DNA of 64,000 nucleotides, taken from IMG/VR virus record IMGVR_UViG_3300044451_000218; one strand, given 5' to 3'. Both the position numbers and the translations under genes were made by a program. Below are positions 52,095 through 61,638 of this stretch, piece by piece. Positions within the stretch are counted from its first letter, which is position 1. Each line of letters begins with the position of its first letter. Under the pieces are notes generated by a model. It searched no databases. It worked only from the letters and a program-made list of their open reading frames with translations, and was not told the origin of the DNA. The DNA is from an uncultured virus (IMG/VR IMGVR_UViG_3300044451_000218) (Duplodnaviria > Heunggongvirae > Uroviricota > Caudoviricetes).

Positions 52095-54302
52095 TGGCAT
52101 GAATAGCGAACAATACGGGAAGATGGTGGCCGAGATCGCTCGACTGTACGTCTGTGAAAACAAATCCTATCTGAAGACCGCAGTCAAGACCGTAATCAAC
52201 CTGACCCCGGCCGTGATCTTCGCCAACTCACCCCGTGAACCCACCGAAGACGAACTCCTCGAAACCGTCGAACGACACAATCCGTTCGCGGTCGAGGACA
52301 TGTCCGAAGAACTGCGATACCGCTATCTGGCCGTCTGCAAGCTCGAACTCGACATCGCCGACGCGGTCAAAGCCTATCGCGTCGAGCGGGCGGTCATTTC
52401 ACACTATCGCTTGCTCGAAGACCAAACCCGTTATTTGACGTGGCTGGAAGCGGCACCGGAAATAGAGGGTAAGAAGGACGATGAAATGGCCGAATTCAAC
52501 CAGTTGAATGAGGCCGAAGAGGTCGCGCACTGTTACACGTCGGTCATGTCTGCCGTTGGAATTCGCCACGATGTTGAGGTCGTCGGCTTCAACCGTTTCC
52601 ACGAACGCATCTCCTAAAAGGGTTTACAAACTGCCCCGTTTTGTCGATAATGGGTGCATGGACCCTGAAACCCGAAACTGGTTAATCGAATACATCAGTT
52701 GCGAGAGCAACCACCGCTGGTTCGTAGTAAGCTGCCCGGCCGATTGGGATCAACGTCGCGTCCAAGAACGCGCGGAATCCAATTGCGGCGGGTGCGGTGA
52801 CGACATGGCCGAAATCCTGTCGGTTAGCGAAACGCACGAAGAATCCAACCATAACTGGAGCTAACATGGGCCTCATCCGTCGCGGCGCGTTCTGCAACGA
52901 ATCCACGCTGTTCCAGCGGGTCTGTGCGCCTCGAAAGACTTCCGTCTTCTGCTTCGGCGGCGGGGGTTCTGGCCTCTCCAAAGAATCGCAGGAAATGATC
53001 GACAAGTATTTCGGGTGGGAGTACATGGGCGAGGCACAGTTCGAGTTCGGCAAAGCCGCCGAGTGCCTCGCGTTCATGTTCGAGAACCGTGACAAACTCG
53101 TCACCTGCGAGAACAACGGCTACTTCTTCCTCGTTCGCGAGGACGTGAAGGACCAAGCCTTCGCACAGTTCGCGGCGGTTGAGAAGAAGGGCGGCGGTCA
53201 CGGCCGCAGTCTGGGGCTGAAGCGAGCCGAAACCCTCGGCTGGTTCGATTTCGAGAACGGTTACTTCGTCGGCCGCACGGCCGAGATCCGAGACGCGGTC
53301 AAGCAACTGCTCGATGAGGACGCGGAAGATGAAGCCCCAAACGATCTTGCCAATTGAAGGCCCGATCAGGTTCAAACCGGACGCCGACAAGGGCTACAGG
53401 GAACTTGTCGGCGCACTCAGGCCGCACTACGCCTCGATCAGCGGCTACGATCCGAAGACCGTAGTTCATTTGCTGGCGAGCATGTGGGCGCACCCGGCCA
53501 ACGAGTACGAAGCCACGAAGCTTCTGACTGGCAAGCCCGCGCAGATCTACCACCACCTTCAGCCGCCCGAAGGGGACTACAAGATCGAGGCGATGGGCGT
53601 CAGCAGCAACCTAGTGCGATTCCTACACGGTTGCGACATCCTGTTTTATCGGTACGAGAAAGATAACCCGCTCGAAATCATCAGCATGTTCGCCAAAGAC
53701 AGGTGCTTCCTGTCGCTCGATCCGATTTCGACCACGGATTTTGAAGCCGGGATGTTCGGTGAGTACGATTACCGGGGCGTATTCGTCGTCTACCAGTTGG
53801 GCGTCCGCGCCTTCCCCGAATGGTCCGAAGCCGTGTGGAAGTCCTTCCAGTGCGAAGTACAGCCGCACATCATTTTCTCAATGCCGTAACGCAATTTCGG
53901 AGACATGGTTCCTGAACGCTTGTTAGTTGCGGGTTCCACTCAAACTCGATGAGGAAGTGCAATGCCTGTCACGCTCGCGGCACCGAGGGAGTTGACTTTG
54001 GTGCCTGTGTTTCATGTGAAGAACGCCGAAGAACTTGAACGCCTCCAGAACGAGTTCTCCCAGTTCAAACGCCGATTCGAGTTGGCCTCCTACATCGGCG
54101 AGGACAAGGTCATCAACGTGTTCGTGAGCAACGAGTACACCACTCTTTCCGAGCGGACGGTTATCACGGTCTGCGCCTGCAAGATTACGCTAAGGGACAC
54201 GCGCGATCTCGGCGAAGTGTGGTCCTCTCCGGTCGAAACCTTTTACCGTTTCGGTAACGGTATCAAAGCCCAAATCTTCGTCATCCGCAACACGATGCCA
54301 AA

Positions 54303-55085
54303 ATGAAACCAATACCCGAACTCGGCAAACGCTACTATCGCAAACGCGGCATGACCGCGTCCGTTCGCCTTGTCACCAAGATCGAAGGTGACAAGGTGTT
54401 CTGGCGTTTGCTCTACGGCCCCGGAGCCAAAAAACACCCAGAAGGACAAACCACGCTCAACGGGATGAAGAGGTGGATGACGGCCGAATACAGCGGCGAC
54501 GAAAACTACTACAGGCTCGACGGCGCGGTGATCTACCAAAGCTACCTCGTCCAGAACGTTGACGGCGAAACAGCGTTCCGCTGCGGTCGCAAACGCGCCC
54601 TGTTCTACCTCCGCAAAGGATACGCCGTTGAGGTCGGTGATCACCTCATCAAGCTCGTTACTTCTGAAACGGTGGACCGCCTGAAGCAATTGCACGGCGA
54701 GGAACTCACCCCGTTCTTCATGGCTGTTAAGAATCAAAAATGCGTCGTCTGCGGCGTTGACCGGCCGCTCACACGGCACCACGTCGTGCCGCGCCGTGTC
54801 ACGAAGATCCTGCCCAAGACGGTGAAGTGCCGTATCTCGAACATCCTGTTCGTTTGTGTGAAGTGTCACTCGAAGTACAACGACAACGACATCCAACACG
54901 AAGAACTCGATCCGCAAGCTTGGGTCGATCACTTCAACAAGGTGATGGAGCCGAAACAACTGCCAGAAGGATGGACGATTTTCACTGTCAAAGAGGGCGT
55001 TTTAGACGAAAACGGAGATCCGCCGCCACTTCAGCCGGTTCCGGTCTATACTGACCAAGTTGTCGAAACCCCTGGTGGAGTCTGA
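54303..55085 (+). CDS. HNH-like nuclease resembling the EXD2 C-terminal region
   Basis: IYQSYLVQNVDG..FRCGRKRALFYLRKG; KNQKCVVCG..LTRHHVVPR..NILFVCVKCH. Confidence 0.7.
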   Translation: MKPIPELGKRYYRKRGMTASVRLVTKIEGDKVFWRLLYGPGAKKHPEGQTTLNGMKRWMTAEYSGDENYYRLDGAVIYQSYLVQNVDGETAFRCGRKRALFYLRKGYAVEVGDHLIKLVTSETVDRLKQLHGEELTPFFMAVKNQKCVVCGVDRPLTRHHVVPRRVTKILPKTVKCRISNILFVCVKCHSKYNDNDIQHEELDPQAWVDHFNKVMEPKQLPEGWTIFTVKEGVLDENGDPPPLQPVPVYTDQVVETPGGV

Positions 55086-55087
55086 AC

Positions 55088-55462
55088 ATGGGCAAGATGA
55101 ACATCAACGGCGTCGAGTACGACGTTCCTAACGGTTCGAGTGTGTCGGTGGTCAACGGTGTGGTGACAATCGGCGGCAAACAGGTTACGAGCTACACCGA
55201 GCCGGTCAAGCTGAACGTGTTCATCACCGGCGACGTGGGCAGCGTCAACGCGGCCGGCAACGTCGAGGTTCGCGGCAACTCGAAGGCCGTCGATGCCGGC
55301 GGGAGCGTGGATGTCGGCGGCAACGTGGACGGCAAGGTGGATGCCGGCGGGAGTGTCACCTGCAAGGATGTGAAGGGCGATGTGGACGCGGGCGGCAGCG
55401 TCACCTGCGGGAACGTTTCCGGCAGCGTGGACGCGGGCGGCAGTGTTAGTTACCGAAAGTAA
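55088..55462 (+). CDS. Beta-solenoid repeat protein (GxVxAGGSVxC repeats)
   Basis: Tandem VDAGGSV units. Confidence 0.7.
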   Translation: MGKMNINGVEYDVPNGSSVSVVNGVVTIGGKQVTSYTEPVKLNVFITGDVGSVNAAGNVEVRGNSKAVDAGGSVDVGGNVDGKVDAGGSVTCKDVKGDVDAGGSVTCGNVSGSVDAGGSVSYRK

Positions 55463-55472
55463 AGGTGCAATC

Positions 55473-55829
55473 GTGAGCGGAACCAACGCAGTTGTCGAAG
55501 TTGACATCGGCATCGACAACGTCTACGGCCACCAATTCGTTCAGAACGAAGAGGTGCGAAACACGGATCGCGGCCAGCAGGCCGTCTACCCACTGAGCCA
55601 GACCAACTTGGTCGTGGGCGGGCTGTGTGGTTCCGTTTACCTCGGCGACCAGCACATCGGGTTGGTCGCCGACACAACCGATGGGTACAAGATCATCGAC
55701 CCCACCGGCAAAATCGAGTCGGTGCGGATCAACCGCACTACCGGCAAACTCTTCATCAACTGGAAGGAACCGATCAAGGCGGGCGAATCCCGCGTGATCG
55801 TCTCCTACGAGTACGGCACAAAGGGCTGA
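55473..55829 (+). CDS. hypothetical, possible tail/baseplate-type beta domain
   Basis: INRTTGKLFINW...IVSYEY. Confidence 0.45.
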   Translation: MSGTNAVVEVDIGIDNVYGHQFVQNEEVRNTDRGQQAVYPLSQTNLVVGGLCGSVYLGDQHIGLVADTTDGYKIIDPTGKIESVRINRTTGKLFINWKEPIKAGESRVIVSYEYGTKG

Positions 55830-55830
55830 G

Positions 55831-56946
55831 ATGAACATCCTCCGCAAACTCGTACTACGCATTCACGAAACTCCGACCCGTGCCGTCCTCGCCATCACCG
55901 GGGGCGGCACGGAAGCAATCGGGGAGCTTCTGCGTTATGGACAAGGCTCCAGCACCATTCTGGAAGCCGTCGTCCCATACGACCAACAAGCGTTCCGCGA
56001 CTTCGTCAAAGGCACGCCCGACAAGTATTGCTCGTCGGAAGCCGCCAACGATCTCGCGGCATCGGCTTATCTTCGCGCCCGCCAATTAACGAGCGAAGGG
56101 CCGGTCGTCGGCGTGGGCGTCACCTGTTCGCTCACGAAGGACGGAGAGCGAGCGGGCCGCAAGCACAACGCATACATCGCCGTACAGGGTGACGACTCGA
56201 CATACGAGTGCGAGGTTCTGCTGAAAGATGCCGTTCGCACCCGCGCCGAACAAGAGGCTCGTGTGGCCGAGGCCATCATCGGCTGTCTGGCGATGATGTG
56301 CGGAATCCCGGCGTCCGAAAATTGCATGTCACACAACCTCATCTGCAACGGCACCCACTACGGCGTCGGGCAAGAACTGATGGATGTGTGCAGGGGGCAA
56401 CTGGACGTTACGCCGCAGTGCAGCCGCGAAAATCGCGTCATCTTCTCCGGGGCGTTCAATCCGCTCCACGCGCAACACGAAAAGATCGCGGCGAAGGTGG
56501 CCGAACTCACCGGGCAACGTGTCGATCTGGAAGTCTGCATCAAGAACGTGGACAAGCCCGCGCTCAGTCACGCGGTCATTCATCAACGGCGTGACCATTT
56601 GAGTGTGGCTATGTACCAGAAGGATTGGGCCGGTTCACTGTTCTGGACCAGCACACCCACCTTCAAGCAGAAGGCTCTGGCCTTCCCGAAGTCCACCTTC
56701 GTCATCGGGTGGGACACCTTCACGCGGCTCAACGATCCCAAGTACGGCGATCTTGACGAAGCCGTGGCCGTGTTCAGGAAGATGGGTACAAAATTCCTTG
56801 TCTTCCATCGTATCATCAACGGCGTATCCAGTGCGGACGCCCCGGCGACCGAATGGCGAATGGCCGAGTTCGCCAAGATCATCTCGGCCGAGGAACTTCC
56901 TCCGGTCGATATTTCCAGCACTCAGATCCGTAACGCGGGAACCTGA
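55831..56946 (+). CDS. CinA-like domain fused to a cytidylyltransferase/NMNAT-like domain
   Basis: AITGGG..GSSTILEAVVPY; IFSGAFNPLHAQH; FVIGWDT; ISSTQIR. Confidence 0.75.
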   Translation: MNILRKLVLRIHETPTRAVLAITGGGTEAIGELLRYGQGSSTILEAVVPYDQQAFRDFVKGTPDKYCSSEAANDLAASAYLRARQLTSEGPVVGVGVTCSLTKDGERAGRKHNAYIAVQGDDSTYECEVLLKDAVRTRAEQEARVAEAIIGCLAMMCGIPASENCMSHNLICNGTHYGVGQELMDVCRGQLDVTPQCSRENRVIFSGAFNPLHAQHEKIAAKVAELTGQRVDLEVCIKNVDKPALSHAVIHQRRDHLSVAMYQKDWAGSLFWTSTPTFKQKALAFPKSTFVIGWDTFTRLNDPKYGDLDEAVAVFRKMGTKFLVFHRIINGVSSADAPATEWRMAEFAKIISAEELPPVDISSTQIRNAGT

Positions 56947-57322
56947 ACATGGAACTCAAGGCGCTATACACCGAAGGCAACAAGCCCGAAAGCGTCGATA
57001 AGGCCGAGGAAACAAGAAAAGTCTTCCTCGACGCCATGAAGACTTTTCTGGCGATGCCGACCAATCCGGTTCTTAGCGCCGAGCAGAAGAAGAAGATCAC
57101 GGACAAGGTCGAGTGGCTGCTGGCGAACGAGTTCCGGCCGACGTTCTGGCGAAATCTGGACTGCCAACTGAACCTCCGGGTCATCGAAGGCGTCGTTCAG
57201 ATGACGCCGAAGCTGCTCGTGTGGGCAGAATACCGGAAACAGTCCGTTCCGAAGGTGAAGGAAGGCCAGACCATCCCTCACGCCAAGAACGGGAAAATCA
57301 TCAGAAGCGCAAAGGGACTGTC

Positions 57323-57928
57323 ATGAAGAACGTCTACAAGGTCAACGGGCTTCCGTTCTGGAACGCCAACGAGATTGCCGAACGCGAACACCTCGTTCGC
57401 GTTTTCCCTCTTTACCTAGAAGAGTTTTTGCGAACCGAGAACGCCGCGTGGCACTCGCACCGCATCGAAGCTCCCGTCCTGACGCCGCACGACCACATCA
57501 ACCCCAACTACACTGATCAGGACGTGTGCAAAGTGTACGACCGCCACATCGAGAACGGCGAGCCGCACAAAGCCTACTTCGAGTGGGCGGTTCGCGGCTG
57601 GCTCTCCGACGAAGCACACCGCTACCCGATGGGGAAAGGCGCTAAACCCGAATACTCCTACTGGGACGGCCAGAAACTCAGCTACGTCGAAGCCCGCAAG
57701 AAGATCTACGCCCCGCTGTACGCCGGCGCGGTCGAACACACCGACGCCTTCAAACGCCTCAAAGAGATCTACGAGGCCGAGAAAGAGATCTGGCTCTGGG
57801 ACTTCGACGCCTACGACCACCACAAGCTCGGCATGACCTACGAGCAGGTGATCAATTCGGAAACAAGAAAGATGGGCCACTGCTTCGTCCTCGGCATGCT
57901 ACTCGAAAACCAACGGGTGTGGGAATGA
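57323..57928 (+). CDS. Probable chimeric ORF with DUF6939-like C-terminus
   Basis: KVY...YPMGKG..YSYWDGQKLSYVEARKKIYAPLY..LWDFD..HCFVL. Confidence 0.5.
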   Translation: MKNVYKVNGLPFWNANEIAEREHLVRVFPLYLEEFLRTENAAWHSHRIEAPVLTPHDHINPNYTDQDVCKVYDRHIENGEPHKAYFEWAVRGWLSDEAHRYPMGKGAKPEYSYWDGQKLSYVEARKKIYAPLYAGAVEHTDAFKRLKEIYEAEKEIWLWDFDAYDHHKLGMTYEQVINSETRKMGHCFVLGMLLENQRVWE

Positions 57929-58917
57929 ACGAAAAGAAACTGATACTCGTTCGGGTCGAACAGTACGTCAGCCCCGAATGGGGACAAGACCGCACCCAGT
58001 GGGTCAGGTACTTCTTGGCACCCGACCTCGAAACTGTCAAAAAGACCGTGTACGAGCGGTACGGCAAGCCACACTACTACAGCATGGACCGCGAAGAACT
58101 GAAATACAGCTTCAGCGAAGAACAGTTCGAGACACTCGACACGAGGATCGAAGACCGTGAGTGATATGAAAAACAAACTGCAAAAGGTCGTCTTCCTCAA
58201 AGACCACCGCTGTTTCAAAGCCGGCGAAGAGGTCGAGTTCGGCCCCGCCGTCAACCTGCTTGAAACCTGTCATGAGCGTATGTAGTATTACAAGACAAAG
58301 TTAAAAAAGGAGATAGCCGTGACCAAGTGGAAAGCGACGTGGCGGTGCGACCTAGAAGAAGAATTCTGCACCGACTTCCACGTCTACGAACTCGACACCC
58401 AGACACTCAGCGAAGCCGCACTGTTCATCGAACAGGACATCGGCTGTCGCGGCACCCTCATCAGCCTCGAACGCGAACTATGAACTACACGCGGCAATCG
58501 ATCCTCGAAGCCCTCAAACTCGCCGGCAAGCCCATCAACCGCGACAAGCTATTCAAAGAGTGGATCGAATACGCCGACATGGACCTCGTCCGCTTCAGCG
58601 AACAAGTGGTGACGGGCAGCGGCACGCTAATGGTCTTCAACGCCGCCGTCGTAGACCTCCTCAACAGTCATGAACCCCGCACAAGAAGTGTGTTTCAAAC
58701 TGATCGTCAAATTGACACGCGGCCTCGAAGCACAAGGGGTACTCGCCACTTATCCGTACCTAAGAGAACAATCGGGCAAACAAGCTCCAAGCACGATCCC
58801 GCACTTTGAACACTGCTTCCGGCAAGCACTCAAAGACGAACTGATCTTCGACATCAAGGGGTTGTATTCCACCAAGCGGCCCGGCGGCATCCGCGACCTC
58901 GATGACGGCTGGCAATC

Positions 58918-59382
58918 ATGACCGACAGTTACAACCCAAGCCCGACCGAAGGTTACATCTGTCGAAAGTGCCGTTGCACGCAAGGGTTCCTCTTGCCGTC
59001 CGGCATGACCGTAGTCTGCCTGAACTGTCCGTGGGAAGAAATGGTTCCAGCAATGATACCCACAGCACCAGCGAACTACCAAAAAGACGGAGTCCCCAAG
59101 CACTTCAACGACTTGAAGGACTACGAGTACCAACTGCTCGTACTCTTCAAGAAACTCCTCGAAAACGGCCCGCAAAGCCCCGACCAACTTTTCGAGTGGT
59201 CGAGCCGCCAGTATCGCTTTGAACACCCCGTCGCGAGCTATCGGTTTTAGGCCGCAGCCACCGACCCCGCAGTCAACCGCCTCTGCCTCCTTGCCTTCTT
59301 GCACCAAGAATATCTCGAAATGCACGACGGCAAGATCACCCTGCCCCAACCGCGAACGCTCGACGCGTCGTGGCGGGCCTAA
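58918..59382 (+). CDS. Zinc-finger hypothetical protein; TAG at 59248 with a 43-codon in-frame continuation
   Basis: CRKC...CLNC; frame open after TAG to TAA 59380-59382. Confidence 0.5.
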
Positions 59383-59394
59383 CCGGAGAAACAC

Positions 59395-59610
59395 ATGCAG
59401 TCCCTCAAGCTCGCCCTCGACCTCTTCCCCGGACTTGACACGGGCGAAAAGACATGCACCATCCGCAAGGGGAAACGAGATATTGACCTCGGCCCCCTGC
59501 TCCTCGCATCCCCTTGCGGCAATCAGAGCCGCGAAGTCTACGTCTACGAGGTGCGGGTCAAAACCCTCCACAACCTCACCCAAGACGAGGCATACGCGGA
59601 CGAAGCCTAA
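59395..59610 (+). CDS. ASCH-domain fragment
   Basis: GEKTCTIRKG...LTQDEAYAD, then early stop. Confidence 0.6.
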   Translation: MQSLKLALDLFPGLDTGEKTCTIRKGKRDIDLGPLLLASPCGNQSREVYVYEVRVKTLHNLTQDEAYADEA

Positions 59611-59611
59611 A

Positions 59612-59645
59612 CGAAGAAGGGGGAACCGAAACTCCCCCTTCTTCG
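59612..59645. terminator. Hairpin between convergent genes
   Basis: CGAAGAAGGGGGA...TCCCCCTTCTTCG. Confidence 0.65.
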
Positions 59646-59783
59646 CTACCGTGGCGGCGGGGCCGGCATCGGGTAAGGTACGGCTGGTGGCGGAATCATC
59701 ACGTCGTCGCATTGGCACTTCTTCTTGCGGTGGACGCAACCCACACACAGAACCACCGCCAGCAGCAGAATCACATTCTTCAT
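59646..59783 (-). CDS. 45-aa predicted lipoprotein
   Basis: AAGGAG RBS; MKNVILLLAVVLCVG-C-VHRKKKCQCDDVMIPPPAVPYPMPAPPPR. Confidence 0.6.
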   Translation of the reverse strand: MKNVILLLAVVLCVGCVHRKKKCQCDDVMIPPPAVPYPMPAPPPR

Positions 59784-60161
59784 GACGAACTCCTTTAGTT
59801 GGGCCGGATCAGTCTACACCGCCACAACCAGTACCGGAGGCCGAACAATGAATCAAGACCAACAACCGCCAGCTACAGACCCGCACGCCCCGAAACACCT
59901 GAAACCGCTCCGCATCTTACGCAGAACCCCGAACAGATCACCGAGGAACTCAAAGCGAGAGCCTCGAAGGTCAAGAAGAAGATCGCACGACTCGAAAAGC
60001 TGAAACGGGTCAGCCACGAAGTCATGCGGATGCGGTGTTGCGCGGCTCCCTAGTTAAGAACAAACTAGCAGAGCGTCATGCCAAAAAAGTGATTTCCCCA
60101 ATGGGAGATGCCATTTTGGTCTATACTGACATCCTCGTGATTAAGGGCGAGGGCGACAGCA

Positions 60162-61637
60162 GTGAAGAACTTCAACGTGGCAACAGATTCCTTGTTCTTT
60201 GTCGCCGAGGGCGATCAAGAAAAGCTCGTTTCTGCTCTCGACATCGAGAAGAACGGCAAGAAGTATTCACAGTTTCTTGGCTCGCCAATGCAACAGGCGA
60301 CCTACATGAACGCCATCGTCGCCATCCTCAGCGATTTGAAGGCCAATGGGAACACGTCCCAATACGACATGTCCACCTTCATGCAGCAGCCCGACTTGTC
60401 AACCAAGTACAACATCTACTTCCCGTGGAAAACGCTCGCGAAAAACGATGTGCATCGCGAGATCGGCTATTGCAGTTCACGGATTCCTGTAGGCCAAAAC
60501 GAAGCGTATCGTTTTAACCCGCACCCACAAGCTTTTGAGTACGAGCTTTGCCAACGATGCTGCGCATATGGTTTTTTGGAAAACATCCTGTTTGCCCGTA
60601 GTGGTGGGCAAGGATGGAGTCCTGCTTTGGCCGGTGAAAACCCCCTGTATGTCTGGAAGACCGGGGAGAACCTCGCCGACTTCATTCAACTGAACAGCGG
60701 CCAGCCTGAAAAGGCCGGGTGGGACGTTCTGAAAACCCTCGGTACTCCAGAATCTCCCAACTTGCTAACGCGCAATCAAACATACACATACAACCCAAGA
60801 CTGATGGAATGTGTGTGGAAGGCACCGCTACAACCTTGCTTTTTGTGCGGCGACTGTGAAATGCCTCATGGCAGTGAAATGTATTCTCGTGGGATCAATA
60901 CGAAGTTTACCAAAGAGTCACTTTTGAAAGGCTTTCAGAAGAAATGGCACGGGTTCAAACCGACCGAGAAGGAACATTTCTTAATTGTCCCGTGCGAAGA
61001 TGATAGGAAACTTGTGCGTAAAGACGGCAAACGCATGATCGCTACGGCAGACAACAAAACTATTGCCGAAGCCGCCTACGCTCAATTTGGTGACAAATGG
61101 ATCGCAATCGGAATGATGGTTGAAAGTGTTAAGAAGTCCTCGATTTTCGAGCAGTATCTCGTGACCCCTGACACTTGCCCGCAGCGAAGGAAACAGCCCC
61201 CGCACAAAAACTTCAAGAAGAGGCTTGACGGCTCAAGGCCCAAAGTCGTTGTTCCAAAACCGATCATCTCTACAGCGGAGGTAAGCCGCGAGATGATCGC
61301 AAAGGCCGTCGCATGCCTGAGCGAGATCCCCCAAGAAAAGCTCGCAATGTTACGCAACGCCTGTTACGGCGCGAGGCATGAAAGCGATGCCGAGGTGTTG
61401 GATTTTCTGGACGGTCTTTGGCGGAAGGTTTACCAGAAGACCCGACTGACTTTCAAGAGGGTCTTTTTTCAACTGGTTCTCGCCTACGCCTGCAACCCGC
61501 GCAGTCGCAAGAGCGGTTACCTTGCTAAACATTTGGCTCGCAACGTTCAGCTATTGGCACAATCGCCCTGTTCTGCCGTTGTGTTCGGCGAAGTCGATTG
61601 GTACTGTGTTTTCTCAACCATGTGTGGAGTGAAGTAA
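60162..61637 (+). CDS. cas8e: Type I-E Cas8e (Cse1)-like protein with probable C-terminal Cas11 (Cse2)-like fusion
   Basis: FNVATDSLFFV; LCQRCCAYG; ARSGGQGWSPALAGENPL; GENLADFIQLN; CFLCG; C-terminal LAMLRNA...EVDWYCVF. Confidence 0.75.
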   Translation: MKNFNVATDSLFFVAEGDQEKLVSALDIEKNGKKYSQFLGSPMQQATYMNAIVAILSDLKANGNTSQYDMSTFMQQPDLSTKYNIYFPWKTLAKNDVHREIGYCSSRIPVGQNEAYRFNPHPQAFEYELCQRCCAYGFLENILFARSGGQGWSPALAGENPLYVWKTGENLADFIQLNSGQPEKAGWDVLKTLGTPESPNLLTRNQTYTYNPRLMECVWKAPLQPCFLCGDCEMPHGSEMYSRGINTKFTKESLLKGFQKKWHGFKPTEKEHFLIVPCEDDRKLVRKDGKRMIATADNKTIAEAAYAQFGDKWIAIGMMVESVKKSSIFEQYLVTPDTCPQRRKQPPHKNFKKRLDGSRPKVVVPKPIISTAEVSREMIAKAVACLSEIPQEKLAMLRNACYGARHESDAEVLDFLDGLWRKVYQKTRLTFKRVFFQLVLAYACNPRSRKSGYLAKHLARNVQLLAQSPCSAVVFGEVDWYCVFSTMCGVK

Positions 61638-61638
61638 A

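Noticed and set aside
55230..55450. GATGCCGGCGGGAG-type nucleotide repeats
   Set aside because: Explained by the VDAGGSV protein repeat
58166..58483. TAG at 58283 in frame with the next ORF as a readthrough fusion
   Set aside because: The downstream ORF has its own AAGGAG RBS and GTG start; frame match has a one-in-three chance
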